A DNA stretch of 64,000 bases from Candidatus Hadarchaeum sp. (GTDB lineage: Archaea; Hadarchaeota; Hadarchaeia; Hadarchaeales; Hadarchaeaceae), in the NCBI RefSeq assembly GCF_038871235.1, contig NZ_JAVZIN010000004.1:32001-96000 (forward strand), in the 5' to 3' direction. A program made the position numbers and the translations under genes. Numbering within the stretch: position 1 is the stretch's first letter; every line of letters begins with the position of its first letter. Shown here one piece after another: positions 60,660 through 64,000 of this stretch. Below the pieces are notes generated by a model that made no database searches, had not been told where the DNA came from, and saw nothing but the letters and a program-made list of their open reading frames with translations.

Positions 60660-61415
60660 ATGGTCAGCGCCAAGATGTCGGATCCCAAAGTTTGGAAGAC
60701 ATGTGTCGGAGCCATGGTTAACCTGATAGAGGAGGCGGCCTTCAGGTTTAGCCCTGAGGGCGTCAAGATGAAGGCAATGGACCCCTCTCATGTGGCGCTG
60801 GTGGACTTTGAGCTGCCCGCCGCTGCTTTTTCCGAGTATGCGGTCAAACAGCCGGTGACGCTGGGAATAAACCTTACTGAAATGGATAAGATACTTTCCC
60901 GGGCCAAGGCGGACGATGAGCTGATACTTGAACTTGATGAGAAGATGAATCGTCTGGCCATTGTTTTCAAGGGTGCCTCGACCAGACGGCTGAGCTTGCC
61001 CCTCATCGACGTTCGGGAGGCGGAGCTACAGGAGCCGAGGATACAGTTCACCGCCACGGCCGAGATACTCGCCGGGATCATCCAAGATGGGCTCAAGGAT
61101 GCCGAACTGATCAGCGACAACGTGAGGTTCGAGCTCAACGAGGAGGGATTTTTTGTCACCGCTGAGGGGGACAGGGGATCTACCGAACTCAAGCTCTGCA
61201 AGGGCGACAAGGGGTTGCTGAAGCTCAGCGTCAGGGAGAGGGCCCGGGCTATGTTCAACATAAAGTATCTCACCGATATGACCAAGGCGGCCGGGTCTGC
61301 TGACGTGATAAAGGTCAGCTTGGGGACCAACCTGCCCATTCAGCTGGACTACCCAATAGCTGGGGGCGTGGGGAAGCTCAGATTTTTGCTGGCGCCAAGG
61401 GTGGAATCGGAGTAG
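60660..61415 (+). CDS. pcn: PCNA sliding clamp
   Basis: AMDPSHVALV, C-terminal LAPRVE. Confidence 0.96.
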   Translation: MVSAKMSDPKVWKTCVGAMVNLIEEAAFRFSPEGVKMKAMDPSHVALVDFELPAAAFSEYAVKQPVTLGINLTEMDKILSRAKADDELILELDEKMNRLAIVFKGASTRRLSLPLIDVREAELQEPRIQFTATAEILAGIIQDGLKDAELISDNVRFELNEEGFFVTAEGDRGSTELKLCKGDKGLLKLSVRERARAMFNIKYLTDMTKAAGSADVIKVSLGTNLPIQLDYPIAGGVGKLRFLLAPRVESE

Positions 61416-61465
61416 CTCCTCTGAAAAAGTTAAATCTGGAGACGCCGAAATAGCCTCAAAGCTGA

Positions 61466-62746
61466 TTGTTGGGGCTGGACTTGATCGCTCCGGAATATTT
61501 GGCCGTGCTGGATCCGTTTGCAGACGAGGCGAAGCGGATCGTGGAAACATCGCCGCCGCTGGAGTCCCTACCGCCGGAGATAGTTGAGAGGTCCGTCCGA
61601 CGGGTGAAGTGGACGACCAAGGAGATGCTGGTCGAGCCGAACCTAGATAGCATCCGGGCTGAGGTGCTTTCCTTTTACCTGATGTGCCAGGCGGTTGCTT
61701 CAGTCTCCTTTCCCGGCTCGCCAGAGGTCCGCCTGATCAGCGAGGCGACCCGGAACACGCTCAGATACCGGATGTATGACCTCTTCAAGAGGGGGCAGGT
61801 GGATCTATGCTTGAGGGCCGTCAAGCGCTCGATAAACTTAGTGGATTTGGAGATCGGGGAAGCCATCCAGGTTGCCGGCTTTACCATACCTCGCGATGAT
61901 TTCTACCGCCTGCGCGACCTGAGGCTGGCGGAGGATGGGCTGGAGACGGTTGACGATAGGATTCTTCCCCAGTATCTGCCGAGGTATGCGGTGAGGTGGA
62001 CCGATCTCGCTCCACTGCTCAGGCACCGGCGAAAGGAGCTGACCAAGCTTTATCTGGTCGGGGGCTGGGCTGTGATCACACCTCGGGATCTCTGGGATCT
62101 TTATGCTAATTTCATCAGCGTGAGACTGGAGGATTACGTGCAGTCTGTCTATGAGAGAATTCTGGAGTCGGGAGCCCAGCCGTCGGGAGTTCTAGCCCAA
62201 GTGGGCGAAAGGATTTCCTCGATGGTGCCTAAGGAAGTGGCGATTCGCGAGGGATTCACCCGCGGGCCGGCGGGCAGGCTTCGGCCCGAGTTCTTCCCGC
62301 CGTGCATGAAGCTGGCCTTGAACGGGGTCGGGGCCGGACTGAGAAACTACGCCATCATGATGATGCTCACGCCCTTTCTCTCCTATGCTAGGGTGGCTCC
62401 TTCTGGAAAGGTGGCCACGAGGATGGCTGACTTCATCAATGATATTTCTATAGTCAGGGATGAAATCGCCCCGCTTCTCTTTGAGGCGGCGGAGAGGTGC
62501 AATCCCCCCCTTTTCAAGGATCAACCCCAGGAAAAGGCTGGCATTTTTTACCACATGGGGTTTGGCATGACGACCGAGCCCACTCTTGCCGACTCCGGAA
62601 GATCGAAGTGGTACCGGACCCCCAACTGTTCCAAGATTCAGATGTCGGCACCAACTCTCTGCAGGCCGGATGAATTCTGTCGCAAGGTGAAGAACCCGCT
62701 TACCTATTACTTCAGGAGGAAGTATGAGGCGTCGAGGGCGGAGTGA
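61466..62746 (+). CDS. priL: DNA primase large subunit
   Basis: LDPF, FPPCM, G.RNYA, C.PPLF, Y..PNC, C..VKNPL.YY. Confidence 0.88.
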   Translation: MLGLDLIAPEYLAVLDPFADEAKRIVETSPPLESLPPEIVERSVRRVKWTTKEMLVEPNLDSIRAEVLSFYLMCQAVASVSFPGSPEVRLISEATRNTLRYRMYDLFKRGQVDLCLRAVKRSINLVDLEIGEAIQVAGFTIPRDDFYRLRDLRLAEDGLETVDDRILPQYLPRYAVRWTDLAPLLRHRRKELTKLYLVGGWAVITPRDLWDLYANFISVRLEDYVQSVYERILESGAQPSGVLAQVGERISSMVPKEVAIREGFTRGPAGRLRPEFFPPCMKLALNGVGAGLRNYAIMMMLTPFLSYARVAPSGKVATRMADFINDISIVRDEIAPLLFEAAERCNPPLFKDQPQEKAGIFYHMGFGMTTEPTLADSGRSKWYRTPNCSKIQMSAPTLCRPDEFCRKVKNPLTYYFRRKYEASRAE

Positions 62747-62755
62747 GGTGTCCGG

Positions 62756-63712
62756 ATGATAATGCGCGAGGCAACTCCTGAGGAACGCCGTAGGTTTTAC
62801 CTAGAGGAGTGGAACAAACGTGAGGTACCTGATTTTATACTTCACACAATTTCGATGAGGGAGTTTGGTTTCGACCTGGATGGTAAGGGACCCAATAACC
62901 GCTACAACCAGTTCTTGACGGTCGACCAGCTGGGTGATTTCCTAAGGATCCGGGCACCCTACTCTGCTTACGCTAGCGTGGCGCTCTACGAGAGGCCCTC
63001 GGCGCGGGAGGGCTGGCTTAAAGCCGAGCTGGCGCTGGACATTGATGCCAAGGACCTGCCGCTCAAGTCGTGCGGATGCCCGCCTGGCAGCGTTTGTGAA
63101 AGGTGCCTGGATGAGGCGAGGCAGGTTGCCAAGCAGTTTGCCGAGGTCTTGGCGAGTGACCTAGGACTACGGAAGATAAATTTCATTTACTCTGGGCGTG
63201 GCTTTCACATTAGAGTCAACGATGAGTCGGTGATGACGCTTGAGGGCAATGAAAGGGCGCAGTTGGTGGACTATGTAACTGGTGGGGTGATCCCGTCCGA
63301 TTTCACCATGGCGCTGGGCTATTCCAAGGTCTTCCGCGAGAGGCTGGAGAGGACCTTCAGTTCACTGAGGATGGAGGATTTACTTGAGGTGAGGGGTATG
63401 AAAAGGTCGCTTGCTCAGCGGCTCATTCAGGAGAAAGAACGCGCCATGGAGATGATAAGAAAAGGGAAGCTGGATGAACTTTCCGGCTTAGAGGGCATGG
63501 GCCCCAAGACCTTCCGGAACCTTCTGGAGTTTCTGACTAAGCTGAATTCAGGTTTCACGGATGGCAAGGTCACCATCGACACTAAGAGGATCCTTAGGCT
63601 GCCTTCAAGCCTGCACTCAGGAGTAAGCATGAAGTGCATGGTGGTTCAGGACATCGACAGGTTCAAGCTGGAGGAGGCGGTTCCTAAATTTTTGAGGGAG
63701 GCGGCTGGATGA
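62756..63712 (+). CDS. priS: DNA primase small (catalytic) subunit
   Basis: REFGFD, ELALDIDAKD, YSGRGFH, D.KVTIDTKRILRLP.SLH. Confidence 0.95.
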   Translation: MIMREATPEERRRFYLEEWNKREVPDFILHTISMREFGFDLDGKGPNNRYNQFLTVDQLGDFLRIRAPYSAYASVALYERPSAREGWLKAELALDIDAKDLPLKSCGCPPGSVCERCLDEARQVAKQFAEVLASDLGLRKINFIYSGRGFHIRVNDESVMTLEGNERAQLVDYVTGGVIPSDFTMALGYSKVFRERLERTFSSLRMEDLLEVRGMKRSLAQRLIQEKERAMEMIRKGKLDELSGLEGMGPKTFRNLLEFLTKLNSGFTDGKVTIDTKRILRLPSSLHSGVSMKCMVVQDIDRFKLEEAVPKFLREAAG

Positions 63713-64000
63713 TAAATTTCTCCCTTGAGGAACTAGTCAGGATTTACCAGGCAGAAAAGAATTCGCGCGAGTTGGTTGAAATATCCGATGACTTCTATCA
63801 AAGCGTCGGCGGGCACATCTCTAGGTTAAATGCCGAGATCAGCCGTTCTGATGTCGTGAGGAGGGAGCTGCTGGGGGAGGAACTCCGGAACGTTGTTTTC
63901 ATGGTCCAAGAGATTTACTTTACTCGGCTCGTCAAAGCCATGGCGGCCGTTGTTCGGGGTCAGGTGCCCGCTCCGCTGATCGAGCGCGAGCGCTTTGCGT
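63709..64000 (+). CDS. GINS subunit (Gins51-like), 3' truncated by window edge
   Basis: Hand translation MINFSLEELVRIYQAEKNSRELVEISDDFY...R..K...L.E.ER; overlaps the priS stop in the usual priS-gins order. Confidence 0.8.
   Translation, partial: MINFSLEELVRIYQAEKNSRELVEISDDFYQSVGGHISRLNAEISRSDVVRRELLGEELRNVVFMVQEIYFTRLVKAMAAVVRGQVPAPLIERERFA

Noticed and set aside
1-64000. CRISPR arrays, IS elements, inteins, rRNA, selenocysteine or pyrrolysine recoding
   Set aside because: No spaced direct repeats, transposases, oversize insertions or in-frame read-through stops were seen in the conserved genes by eye.

Overview
A 64 kb stretch of core archaeal chromosome. Gene content and order suggest a euryarchaeote-like lineage, possibly Hadarchaeota (inference only). 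It holds the isoprenoid/translation superoperon (MEMO1-ipk-fni-rnj-idsA-gltX, then rpl7ae-rps28e-rpl24e-ndk-infB-rps6e-eif2g-PIN-[hppA]-rpoE1-spt4), pheST, orc1/cdc6, a Hef-type helicase, pelota, dnaG, carS, tetraether synthase, thermosome, fen1, a glycosyltransferase/B12-radical SAM membrane cluster, FBP aldolase/phosphatase, nre, and the dph2-csl4-rpoL-tfs-pcn-priL-priS-GINS operon. I saw no mobile element, CRISPR array or rRNA. Main points of interest: (1) a tRNA-Pro(CGG) split by two BHB introns, with the anticodon on a 4-nt micro-exon; (2) three conserved genes, including rpoK, with no usable ATG/GTG/TTG start, which suggests ATT/ATA/ACG initiation; (3) a stand-alone exosome cap N-terminal domain gene inserted antisense in the ribosomal operon; (4) a candidate lipid-tailoring cluster and a TrmB-carS / tes divergon; (5) a C/D-box motif in the L7Ae leader. 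All protein calls come from motif recognition by eye; no searches were run.
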